DNA from: Schaalia meyeri
GTDB taxonomy: Bacteria; Actinomycetota; Actinomycetes; Actinomycetales; Actinomycetaceae
Assembly (NCBI RefSeq): GCF_900105015.1
Contig: NZ_FNLK01000008.1
Coordinates: forward strand, 132,281 to 164,280
DNA: 32,000 nucleotides
Reading direction: 5' to 3'
Under the pieces are notes generated by a model that saw only the letters and a list, made by a program, of their open reading frames with translations, had not been told where the DNA came from and did no database searches. Shown piece by piece: positions 1-8,020 of the stretch (position 1 is its first letter; the number at the start of each line of letters is the position of its first letter). Position numbers and translations under genes: made by a program.

Positions 1-267
1 CATGCGCCCGCGCGTGGTCACGCGCCCGGTCGTCGGGCGAATGATGGAACCCATAATCTTGAGCAGCGTGGACTTACCCGATCCGTTATGCCCCATCAGG
101 CCGACGGATTCGTTGAGACGAACGTCCACGCTCACGGAGTCGAGCGCGCGAAACTTTTGGACGCGGGACCGCGAGGAACGCAGCACGCGGTCCTTCACGG
201 AGGTGTCCCTGTGCAGCTGAAAGACCTTGGAAACGTTGTCCACTCGGACAACCTCGGGCATTGACAT
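1..267 (-). CDS. ABC transporter ATP-binding subunit of a glycopolymer exporter (Wzt/TagH-like); 5' part only, the gene runs off the left edge
   Basis: My translation of the minus strand from ATG 267-265 gives MSMPEVVRVDNVSKVFQLHRDTSVKDRVLRSSRSRVQKFRALDSVSVDVRLNESVGLMGHNGSGKSTLLKIMGSIIRPTTGRV, with Walker A GHNGSGKST. The start overlaps the TAA of the upstream permease (TAATG). It is absent from the ORF track because it has no in-window stop. Confidence 0.85.
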   Translation of the reverse strand, partial: MSMPEVVRVDNVSKVFQLHRDTSVKDRVLRSSRSRVQKFRALDSVSVDVRLNESVGLMGHNGSGKSTLLKIMGSIIRPTTGRVTTRGRM

Positions 268-1205
268 TACAGCTCCTGAGCGAAATTTCCCTCGAGGCGC
301 GCGAAAACGCGGTGCGCCCCAAAGATGAGGACGAGACCGATCACGGCCGCGAGGGCCAAGCGGGTCATGAGGTGCGTGGGGCAGGGCTGATCCGCCCCCG
401 CAGCCCACAGCGACCGCTGGAAGCCGAGAATAGCCAGCGTGATGGGGTTAGCGAGGTAGGCCTCGTGCACGATCGGATAGCTCGTGGCCAGCGCCCGCTG
501 CACGTAGCTGTAGGAGTACACGATCGGGGAGGCCCAGAACGCCAGGAAGGTAATGACCTCGATGAGGTGCTGAATGTCGCGCATATAAACGTTGAGCGCC
601 GACAGCGCCAGCGCGCACAGCGTCGCGTACAGGACCAGCACAATCAGGCTAAGCGGCAGGTAGGCCAGCTGGGAAACAGAGGGGACCGCCCCCGTGACAC
701 CGATCGCCACCAGCAGGACCACCAGTTGAATCGCAGAGTTGACCGCTGCGGTACCCAGGGTCGAGAGGGGAAAGATCTCGCGAGGCAGATAGACTTTCTT
801 GATCAGCCCGGAATTGGCCACGATCGACCCGGTTCCCCCGGTCACCGCTTCGAGAAAGAAACCCCAGGCCGTCAGGCCCGTGAACACGAAAATCGCGAAG
901 GAGGGGATGCCCCGGGAGGCCCCCAGGAACTGACCGATCACGATGAAGTAGATGAGCAGCTGGGAGAGCGGCTTGAACATCGACCACACGAACCCCAGGT
1001 TCGAGTCCTTATAGCGCGCCTTGAGCTCACGGTTGATGAGCAGACGCAAAAGCTCACGACGGTGCCAGATGTCGACAAAAGCACGCTTCGTTCCGGCCCA
1101 CAGACCTCTCTTGTCCCCCAGCTCGCGCAGGGGCTCTCCCTCGATGCGCGCCACTCGCACCTCAAGGGGTGACGAAGGGGATTGTGGCGTGGTTTCAGTC
1201 ATCAT
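267..1205 (-). CDS. ABC-2 type polysaccharide/teichoic-acid export permease (Wzm/TagG-like)
   Basis: 312-aa ORF. The N-terminal segment RRELLRLLINRELKARYKDSNLGFVWSMFKPL is typical of ABC-2 exporter permeases, followed by about 6 hydrophobic spans. GGAGATAG lies upstream of ATGATG at 1205. The gene is coupled to the ATPase gene downstream. Confidence 0.85.
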   Translation of the reverse strand: MMTETTPQSPSSPLEVRVARIEGEPLRELGDKRGLWAGTKRAFVDIWHRRELLRLLINRELKARYKDSNLGFVWSMFKPLSQLLIYFIVIGQFLGASRGIPSFAIFVFTGLTAWGFFLEAVTGGTGSIVANSGLIKKVYLPREIFPLSTLGTAAVNSAIQLVVLLVAIGVTGAVPSVSQLAYLPLSLIVLVLYATLCALALSALNVYMRDIQHLIEVITFLAFWASPIVYSYSYVQRALATSYPIVHEAYLANPITLAILGFQRSLWAAGADQPCPTHLMTRLALAAVIGLVLIFGAHRVFARLEGNFAQEL

Positions 1206-1237
1206 AACTCACTATCTCCGACCACATCGTCAGTCAT

Positions 1238-2206
1238 TCACTGACCGTATCGCTTCAGCGGGGAACGAACGCCCCTGCGCACGCCCCTCCACTTTTGAAC
1301 GTGGTAGGCGGGGTTTAAGAAGAAGCCGCTGATCTTGCGGCGCCTGCCGACCCCGCGGTCGCGGGCAAGACGCAGCGCGTCCTTCAGGATTCCCGTCGTC
1401 ACCATGCGGATCACCGTGGGGATCGAGGGCATCGCGACGTCGATCCCCACCTCGCGCAGTCCCTGGGTCTCCTCGAACATGCGATCGTCATATTCGGCCA
1501 CCGTCATCTCATTGGAGTGCATGACTGCGGCGCGAGGGGCGTAGGCCTTGATGTATCCGGCCGCGATGACGTCCCGCCCCAGCAGCTGGTCCTCCGCGTA
1601 GGAGACGTCGCGGTATGGGACCTCGCCGGTCAGCAAGTCCTTGCGGGCCGCGGAGTTCACGTCGGAATAGAAGGTAACGGCGTTTCTTACGCCCTCGTCC
1701 TGGATGAAGTCGTCGTCGTAGAACAGCGTGGTCCCAAAGCCCGGTCCGAACCCATTGAACACGCCCTTGATCTCGTATCGCAGCAGAGGAAAGGCATCGG
1801 GCCGGGGAATCTGCGATCCCATGACGGCGACGATTCGATCGGAAATCGCGAACGGCGCGGTGATCTCGTGCAGCCACCTGTCCGAGGCCGGGGTGGCGTC
1901 GTGCGTCAGGTAGGCAACGATGCGTCCCTTCGCCAGGTGCGCCCCGAGATTGCGGGTCTTGCCGTGCCCGAACTCGCTGTTTGGGATCTGGTGGAGGCGC
2001 ACACCCGGATACTTCGCGACAATGTCCAAAGTGGAGTCGGTGGAACCTGAGTCGATGACGACGATCTCGTAGGTACCGTCGAAGCGCTGGCTGGTCAAAG
2101 AGGCGAGGATCTCGTCAATATGCCGCTCACCGTTGTACGTCAGGATGACCACGCTCGCGTCCAGGGTGGCGTCTTGTCCGTCAACGAAGTGGGTCTCAGT
2201 GGCCAT
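1238..2206 (-). CDS. Glycosyltransferase family 2
   Basis: 322-aa ORF with a GT-A N-terminus, VVILTYNGERHIDEILASLTSQRFDGTYEIVVIDSGSTDSTLDI. No obvious TM segments. The start overlaps the epimerase stop by 11 nt. Confidence 0.85.
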   Translation of the reverse strand: MATETHFVDGQDATLDASVVILTYNGERHIDEILASLTSQRFDGTYEIVVIDSGSTDSTLDIVAKYPGVRLHQIPNSEFGHGKTRNLGAHLAKGRIVAYLTHDATPASDRWLHEITAPFAISDRIVAVMGSQIPRPDAFPLLRYEIKGVFNGFGPGFGTTLFYDDDFIQDEGVRNAVTFYSDVNSAARKDLLTGEVPYRDVSYAEDQLLGRDVIAAGYIKAYAPRAAVMHSNEMTVAEYDDRMFEETQGLREVGIDVAMPSIPTVIRMVTTGILKDALRLARDRGVGRRRKISGFFLNPAYHVQKWRGVRRGVRSPLKRYGQ

Positions 2207-3122
2207 GTGCTTGGATCTCCTGCCATGTTTTCGTGATCCCTTCGTCGAGCGGCGTCATCTCGAAAGGACCGAACTCTGCGTTCACGCGTTCCGTATTGAG
2301 GACGGATCCGTGCACGTAGGTTGAGGGGGTGGGAACGTGTTGAATCTCCGGGTTCGTCCCGGTAACTCGCCCGATGGAAGCGACAATCTGAGCGACGCTG
2401 GTGCCGTGTCCCGAGCCGATGTTGTAGATCGACCGGGTCGCACCCCGCTGGATCATGGTCGACACGATGGAGGCGAAGTCGCCCACGTAGATATAGTCGC
2501 GGAACATGCTCCCATCGCCCATGACGGTCAGCGGCTCGCCGCCCAGGACATGCCGCAGGAAAATGGGGATGATGCCCTGTCGCTTGTGCGGATTTTGCCT
2601 GGTTCCATACGGATTGGAGATGCGCAGGGAGGTCGAGTTCAGCCCGAACTTACGCGCAAAGAAACGCATGTAGTTTTCGATGGTGAGTTTGCCGATCCCA
2701 TAGGGGGAAACCGGAAGCGTGGGGTCGTCCTCGTGGTAGCTGACCTTGTCCTGGTCGCCGTAGATCGTGCCGCCGCTGGAGGCGAAGTACACGTGCTGCA
2801 CCCCAGCGTCCACGCACGCGCGGAAGAGGTCAATGCTGCCCTGGATATTCGTGCGCACGTCCAGCGTGGGGTCGTTCTCCGCCGTCGCAGGGTCCGTCGT
2901 CGAGAGCATGTGCACGACGATGTCCATCCCGCAAACGGCGCGCGATACGTCGTCGCGGTTGAGGAAGTTACCGTCGAAGGCCTCGACGCCGCGAGCGCTC
3001 CAGTGGGTTCCGTTGCCGAACATATCGAAGGCGCGGATCGTCGTCGCGTCGCCCTGCGCGAGCGCGTCGACCAGGTGAGAGCCGAGGAACCCGTTTCCTC
3101 CAACCACCAAAATCTTAGACAT
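2196..3122 (-). CDS. NAD-dependent epimerase/dehydratase (UDP-hexose 4-epimerase-like SDR)
   Basis: Rossmann motif MSKILVVGGNGFLGSHL and SDR catalytic YxxxK (SPYGIGK). I prefer the ATG at 3122 (MSKIL...), which overlaps the upstream stop by 8 nt. The longest ORF starts at 3137. Confidence 0.85.
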   Translation of the reverse strand: MSKILVVGGNGFLGSHLVDALAQGDATTIRAFDMFGNGTHWSARGVEAFDGNFLNRDDVSRAVCGMDIVVHMLSTTDPATAENDPTLDVRTNIQGSIDLFRACVDAGVQHVYFASSGGTIYGDQDKVSYHEDDPTLPVSPYGIGKLTIENYMRFFARKFGLNSTSLRISNPYGTRQNPHKRQGIIPIFLRHVLGGEPLTVMGDGSMFRDYIYVGDFASIVSTMIQRGATRSIYNIGSGHGTSVAQIVASIGRVTGTNPEIQHVPTPSTYVHGSVLNTERVNAEFGPFEMTPLDEGITKTWQEIQAHGH

Positions 3123-4419
3123 GCATGGCCTCCGCAAAGTCTGAGACGAACCGCCTGCCCGAGTCCTCCCAGCTGAGGGACTTCACCGAGGCCGCGGCGC
3201 GACGCGAGAGCTCCACCTGGTCGGACGCGTCAACGATGCGGATCAGCTCTGTTGCCAGGGCGCCGGGCGACAGGGGCACGTAATCGATATTGGGGTTGTC
3301 TGCGACCAGCCTGTTGTTGGGGCCATCGTTGACGACCGGGATCGTCCCGCAGGACAGCAACTCGAGGGGCAGCAGCGACAGATTCGTCAGCGACATGACG
3401 AGGGCGGCGGCGCACTGGTTGTACAGCGGGGAAAGTTCCTCGAGTTTCATGGCCCCGTGATTCACATAGTCGAAGGGGACCTTCCAGTCCGAGACATCCC
3501 ATCCCGCCATGTGGATGCGGATGTCGGGGCGGCGCTTCTTGACGTCGGCCAGCACAATGCACCCCAGTTCGAAGCCGCGGCGCATGGTGACCGGACGAGA
3601 GTAGAAGAAGAGGTCTTTGCGCCGCGCATCGTTCGTGCGCTGATAGAGCGACAGGTCCGTTGCGAAGTCAAAGGGGTGGGTCGTCATCCCGTAGTCATCG
3701 TGCAGCCTCTTAGCCAGCCACTTGCCCGCCGTGAACGCCTCGAAACCGAAGCGGTAGGTGTTTTCGGCGAGCTGATTCTCCGATCCGACGGGGTAGAAGG
3801 ACGGTTCGAAGTCCTGCACGAAGTAGAAGCGCCGAGCGTTGGAGGGGTCGAGGTAGGCGGGGTAGGCGGTCTCCCACCCCGTCGCAAAGATGGCGTCGAC
3901 GTCCGATCCCACCCCGACCGGCGGGTCGTAGAGGGCGTAGCTGGCTTTCAGGGACGGATAGGCGCTGGAACGCTCCACCATGTCGCGCACGCGCTGGGCA
4001 TCGACGGGAATCTTTTGCGCCCAATACAGGAATATCTTCACGCGGTGCCCAGCGGCCTCCAGATAGGACAGGAAGCGGAAGATGTTCTGGTGTCCTCCCG
4101 AGGACTCTCCGGGAGGTGACATGATCCACGCTGTCGTGTAGGGTCCCTCGCCGACGGCGCGCGGCTCGGTCTTCCAATGAGGTTCGCTCGCCCAGTCCAG
4201 CGCGGCCGCGTCAGAGAATTTAACGAGCATCTCCAGGGGGATGCTGCCCTTGCCTTTTCCCTTGCCGGAGTTCGCGATCTGGTTGCCCATGCCCTGCAGG
4301 AGCCGGGCGGTGGTCATGCGCACCCCGTGACGTCTGAGGTAGGAGGTGCCCTTCACGACCTTACGCACCAGAGGATTCGTCTGTGTCATGCTCGCCAGTT
4401 TAGCGGCTAACGGAACCAT
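3115..4419 (-). CDS. Glycosyltransferase, GT-B fold, WsaF-like (GT4-related)
   Basis: 434-aa ORF. The segment WIMSPPGESSGGHQNIFRFLSYLEAAGHRVKIFLY resembles the N-terminal donor-binding region of WsaF-type rhamnosyltransferases as I remember them. The C-terminal half has the E-rich GT-B pattern. The start is uncertain (4419 or ATG at 4389). Confidence 0.6.
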   Translation of the reverse strand: MVPLAAKLASMTQTNPLVRKVVKGTSYLRRHGVRMTTARLLQGMGNQIANSGKGKGKGSIPLEMLVKFSDAAALDWASEPHWKTEPRAVGEGPYTTAWIMSPPGESSGGHQNIFRFLSYLEAAGHRVKIFLYWAQKIPVDAQRVRDMVERSSAYPSLKASYALYDPPVGVGSDVDAIFATGWETAYPAYLDPSNARRFYFVQDFEPSFYPVGSENQLAENTYRFGFEAFTAGKWLAKRLHDDYGMTTHPFDFATDLSLYQRTNDARRKDLFFYSRPVTMRRGFELGCIVLADVKKRRPDIRIHMAGWDVSDWKVPFDYVNHGAMKLEELSPLYNQCAAALVMSLTNLSLLPLELLSCGTIPVVNDGPNNRLVADNPNIDYVPLSPGALATELIRIVDASDQVELSRRAAASVKSLSWEDSGRRFVSDFAEAMHV

Positions 4420-4467
4420 ACTCGGATGAGGGAGGCCCCAAGGTGCTGGGCGACGCTGTATCTTTAC

Positions 4468-5625
4468 TCACTTTCCCCCGCCGCGCGCTTGCGGACCGCA
4501 TTTCCTGACGCGCCGCAGGGCTCGCCTGCGCAGCGCGGCGGGGAGGGCCGCGATCCCCTGGGCGACGCCGCGGGAAGCCGGGCCACTAAAACCTGCGCGC
4601 GCGGCTCGGCCCAGGGAACGGGCCAGCGCCCTGGCGAACACGCGCCAGGGGGCGTGCTCGGCTGCCACGATCAGGCGGTTGCGCGCGTTGACGCGCGCAA
4701 ACATGGGCGAGGCGGCATCCGAGGAGGCGGCGTGCTCGTGATCGGCGATGGCGTCGCGCACAAAGCGCACGCCGTATCCGGCTTCGCGCAGCTTGTAGGA
4801 CAGGTCCGTGTCTTCGTAGTACATGAACAGGTCGGCGCGCATCCCGCCGACCCTATCCCAGGCGTCGCGCCGGATCGCGCACGCTCCCCCGCATACGCCG
4901 AACACGTCGGCGGGTGCGCTGAGCAGCGACGCCTCCTTCAGCCAGTCTCTGTCCTGCCCATTTCCGGACGCGTCCACCACGTTGCCGGTCGAGTTAACGA
5001 GGACCACCCCCTCCCCCGCCTCGGCCTCGGCCTCGCTGACCCGCACCCAGCGTTGACGCCCCTTCCCGCTCAACGCGTTAGCCTCGTCTTCGCGCGCGGG
5101 TCGGTACCTCCCGGCCAGGAGGAGTAGCGCGGTGGTGGCTCCCACCGCGGGGTCGCGCAGCGGCGTGAGGAGCGCGTCCAAAAATCCGTCGCGAGCCGTG
5201 GCGTCGTTATTGAGCAGGACCAGGGCGTCCTCGCCCATCCCGCGCGCGCCCGCCATGACGCCGGCTCCGAATCCGCCATTCTCTCCCGCGTCGAGAACCT
5301 CAACCTGCCCGCATTCGGCGATTGCCGCACCCTCCAGCTGCCCGTCTTTTTCCGTGTCTCCCCATTCGCCGCACCCTCCCGCGAGCGCGCGCAGCCCGGG
5401 CGCCTCGGCGCGCATGGCACTCAGTGAGCCGTCACCCGAACCGTTGTCGACCAGGACGAGGCGGTCGCCGGGGGCCAGCTGGGGAGCGATGGAATGTGCT
5501 GCCCGCAGGGTCAGGGCCGCGTTCTTCCAATTGACCAGGACGATGCGCGCGCTGGGGCGCGCGGCTCCCGGGGACGGGCAGGACGCCGTCACTCGCGGAG
5601 CGTTCGCTCCGGGCGGGGGGGTCAT
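4468..5625 (-). CDS. Glycosyltransferase family 2
   Basis: GT-A motifs IVLVNWKNAALTLRAAHSI, LVLVDNGSGDGS, LLNNDA and YYEDTDLSYK. The ATG at 5625 forms an ATGA overlap with the stop of the upstream GT4 gene. The 554-aa track ORF is an Arg/Pro-rich upstream extension overlapping that gene and was trimmed. Confidence 0.8.
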   Translation of the reverse strand: MTPPPGANAPRVTASCPSPGAARPSARIVLVNWKNAALTLRAAHSIAPQLAPGDRLVLVDNGSGDGSLSAMRAEAPGLRALAGGCGEWGDTEKDGQLEGAAIAECGQVEVLDAGENGGFGAGVMAGARGMGEDALVLLNNDATARDGFLDALLTPLRDPAVGATTALLLLAGRYRPAREDEANALSGKGRQRWVRVSEAEAEAGEGVVLVNSTGNVVDASGNGQDRDWLKEASLLSAPADVFGVCGGACAIRRDAWDRVGGMRADLFMYYEDTDLSYKLREAGYGVRFVRDAIADHEHAASSDAASPMFARVNARNRLIVAAEHAPWRVFARALARSLGRAARAGFSGPASRGVAQGIAALPAALRRRALRRVRKCGPQARGGGK

Positions 5626-6740
5626 CGCGCGCCTGCCAGGGATTCGTACAGGCGGGCGTGGGAGGCGGCCGAGGACTCCCACGTGAAGTCGCGGGCGTGC
5701 TCGCGTCCAGCCGCGCTCAGGCGATCGTGATCGGGGCCTGCGGCGGCTTGAAGCGCCTCGGCCAGGGCGTGGGGGTCGGTGGCAGGTGCCAGCAGTCCCG
5801 CGTCGGCCCCGGTAATCTCCGCCATGCAGGTGCCTTCGCTGGTGACGACGGGGGTCCCGTGTGCCATGGCTTCGAGGACGGGCAGGCCAAAACCCTCCCA
5901 GATGGAGGGGAAGGTAAAGACGCGCGCTCCGGCGTAGGCGCACGCCAGGTCTTCGTCGTCCAAGCGTCCCAGGACGTGGACGCGGGAGGCGGGCAGGTCC
6001 GCCTCGGTGGGATCCTCCCCCCACCCCGCGGGTCCCACGAGGACCAGGTCCAGCTCCGTGGTGGGGGCCAGTGCGCGGTATGCCTGAATCAGGGTGGGCA
6101 GGTTCTTGCGGGGTTCGCGGGTCCCGACCCACAGGATGTACGGGCGGTTCAGGGTGTGGCGGGCGCGAAATGCCTCGACCTGCTGGTGGGTGACGGGCGT
6201 GTGCGTCAGGCCGTGAGGGATGACGCTGATGAGGTCCTCATCGATTCCGGCTTCCACGCAGTCTGCGGCCGTCGCCTGGGAGGGGACGATGACGGCGTCG
6301 GCGTGCTTCTTCGTCGCCGCCAAGGCGCGACGAAAGTAGGCGGCCCCGTGGGCGGTGAAATGGCTCGCCTCGCGCAGGAAAGCGACATCGTGGACGGTGA
6401 CAATCAGGGGTCGAGACGTTGGGGGAATCGCCCAGGTCGTCGCGTGAACCACGTCGGCTCCCCGGCCCGATCCCGCTCCCAGCACTCGATCCACGCCGGG
6501 GATCCCCAGCCGATCCCACGCGGCGTACAGCGCGCGGCGCGGCAGGGCGCAGCTGCGCACGGGGATGGACAGGCCAACCTGCTCCGGCCGCTCTGCTCCC
6601 CTCCCGTGGCGCGCAGCGATACCGATGGCGTTTACTCCCTGGGCGGCCAGGCGCGAGGCGACCTCCACGATGTAGCGCCCCGACCCGCCGGGCACGCTCT
6701 GCCACATCTGCTCCACAACCATTCCGACGCGCACGCTCAT
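5622..6740 (-). CDS. Glycosyltransferase family 4 (GT-B, mannosyltransferase-like)
   Basis: 372-aa ORF with the N-terminal SVPGGSGRYIVEVASRLAAQG and the C-terminal GT4 signature FTFPSIWEGFGLPVLEAMAHGTPVVTS. It is the first gene of the minus-strand operon. Confidence 0.85.
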   Translation of the reverse strand: MSVRVGMVVEQMWQSVPGGSGRYIVEVASRLAAQGVNAIGIAARHGRGAERPEQVGLSIPVRSCALPRRALYAAWDRLGIPGVDRVLGAGSGRGADVVHATTWAIPPTSRPLIVTVHDVAFLREASHFTAHGAAYFRRALAATKKHADAVIVPSQATAADCVEAGIDEDLISVIPHGLTHTPVTHQQVEAFRARHTLNRPYILWVGTREPRKNLPTLIQAYRALAPTTELDLVLVGPAGWGEDPTEADLPASRVHVLGRLDDEDLACAYAGARVFTFPSIWEGFGLPVLEAMAHGTPVVTSEGTCMAEITGADAGLLAPATDPHALAEALQAAAGPDHDRLSAAGREHARDFTWESSAASHARLYESLAGAR

Positions 6741-6746
6741 GCCCTC

Positions 6747-6752
6747 ACAATA
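6747..6752 (-). promoter_or_regulatory. Candidate -10 hexamer TATTGT, positioned for a leaderless transcript of the GT4 gene starting at 6740
   Basis: The minus strand reads CACTATTGTGAGGGCATG. The hexamer fits TANNNT, and its last T is 6 nt before the A of the ATG. That is the usual spacing for actinobacterial leaderless mRNAs. Confidence 0.35.
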
Positions 6753-6796
6753 GTGGACGCGACGGTCTCGTCGGAGGTCGCGCGCGCATCATGCCC

Positions 6797-6802
6797 TACA
6801 AT
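6797..6802 (+). promoter_or_regulatory. Candidate -10 hexamer TACAAT for the plus-strand glycopolymer/lic operon
   Basis: TACAAT lies 34 nt upstream of ATG 6836. A transcript starting about 7 nt downstream would make 6836 the first ATG, which supports that start choice. Confidence 0.4.
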
Positions 6803-6835
6803 GAGGGAAATCCATCGCCACGACCGGGGACCGTC

Positions 6836-7981
6836 ATGCCTGTTTCTCTCTCCTCCACACCAATCCGCGTCCTGATGGACGCCACCGCGATTCCCGCGAA
6901 CCTGGGGGGTGTGGGACGCTACGTGGATGATCTGGTACCCGAACTGGAAAACCAGGGCGTGAAACTGACGATGGCCGTGCAGGAGCGCGACGCGGAACAC
7001 TTCGCCAGGCGCTTGCCATCCGCTCGCATCATTCCCATTTCCCCGCGCTTCGAATCGCGCCCGACGCGCATGGCGTGGGAGCAGACGGGCCTCCCCTCCC
7101 TCGTTCGCAAGGTTCGCCCCGACGTCCTTCACTCCCCGCACTACACGTCGCCGCAGTTCCCGGGCGCGCCTGTCGTCATCACCCTGCACGACGCGACTTT
7201 CTTCTCTCACCCCCAGGCCCACTCGCGCCTGAAGCAACGCTTCTTCACGTACGCCATCCGGCGGGCGATCCGCCGCGCCTCGGCGCTGGTGGTCCCATCT
7301 GAGGCAACGCGCGACGAGACGATCAAGTACGCGGGCGGGGACGCCTCCCAGTTCTACGTCGCCTATCACGGGGTGGACCGGGCGATCTTCCACCCGGTGG
7401 ATGACGCCGAGCGCGAGCGCGTGAAGGAATCCCTCGGGCTGGCGGGGCGAGACTACATCGGTTTCCTGGGCACGCTGGAGCCCCGTAAGAACGTCCCGAA
7501 CCTGGTACGAGGATGGGTGAAGGCCGTGTCCGAGCGCCCGGATCCCCCCGCCCTGGTCCTGGCCGGCGGAAAGGGGTGGGACGAGGACATCGACCCGGCC
7601 CTGGCCTCGGTCCCCCATCAACTGACGGTGCTGCGCCCCGGCTACCTGCCCCTGGAGGACCTGCCCGGTTTCCTGTCGGGTTGTCTCGTCCTGGCCTACC
7701 CGTCGATCGCGGAGGGCTTCGGGCTGCCCGTCCTGGAAGCCATGAGCTGTGGAGCCGCGACGCTGACGACTCGCCTGACCTCCCTGCCCGAGGTTGGCGG
7801 GGACGCCGTGGAGTACTGCGACACGGACCCCGATTCCATCGCCCACGCGCTGGCCGCCCTGCTGGAGGCCCCGGCGCGGCGCGCCGAATTGAGTGAGGCC
7901 GCTATCCAGCGCGCGAGCGAGTTCACGTGGGAACGCGCTGCCCAAGTCCACGCACAGGCCTACCGCGCGGCCGCCGCCTGA
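6836..7981 (+). CDS. Glycosyltransferase family 4
   Basis: MPVSLSSTPIRVLMDATAIPANLGGVGRYVDDL, followed by the C-terminal AYPSIAEGFGLPVLEAMSCGAATLTT (GT4 E-x7-E region). The 520-aa track ORF begins inside the divergent gene and was trimmed. ATG 6791 is an alternative start. Confidence 0.85.
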   Translation: MPVSLSSTPIRVLMDATAIPANLGGVGRYVDDLVPELENQGVKLTMAVQERDAEHFARRLPSARIIPISPRFESRPTRMAWEQTGLPSLVRKVRPDVLHSPHYTSPQFPGAPVVITLHDATFFSHPQAHSRLKQRFFTYAIRRAIRRASALVVPSEATRDETIKYAGGDASQFYVAYHGVDRAIFHPVDDAERERVKESLGLAGRDYIGFLGTLEPRKNVPNLVRGWVKAVSERPDPPALVLAGGKGWDEDIDPALASVPHQLTVLRPGYLPLEDLPGFLSGCLVLAYPSIAEGFGLPVLEAMSCGAATLTTRLTSLPEVGGDAVEYCDTDPDSIAHALAALLEAPARRAELSEAAIQRASEFTWERAAQVHAQAYRAAAA

Positions 7982-8020
7982 CCAATCCCCATCACACAGA
8001 TAGCACGAGGAAAGAACTCC

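Noticed and set aside
261-1172. 303-aa plus-strand ORF antisense to the ABC-2 permease gene. Similar long antisense ORFs include 2337-3176 (+), 3457-4119 (+), 9796-10749 (-), 13400-14311 (-) and 14780-15319 (-).
   Set aside because: These are typical high-GC shadow ORFs. Their products are Arg/Gly/Pro/His-rich with no recognisable motifs, and each lies entirely inside a gene on the other strand that has clear family signatures.
5626-6132. 5' extensions of track ORFs: 4468-6132, 6419-6835, 21602-21814, 24797-24895, 28518-28715, 31723-31962 and 12528-12560 / 13532-13573.
   Set aside because: The extensions overlap neighbouring genes or spacers, are Arg/Pro-rich, and end at internal starts that have an SD or a 4-nt start/stop overlap and that match the family N-termini.
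5658-7951. Two 400-aa-class ORFs, 5658-6875 (+) and 6737-7951 (-), mirroring the two GT4 genes.
   Set aside because: Low-complexity Arg/Gly-rich translations lying antisense to well-supported GT4 genes, with no SD or coupling signals.
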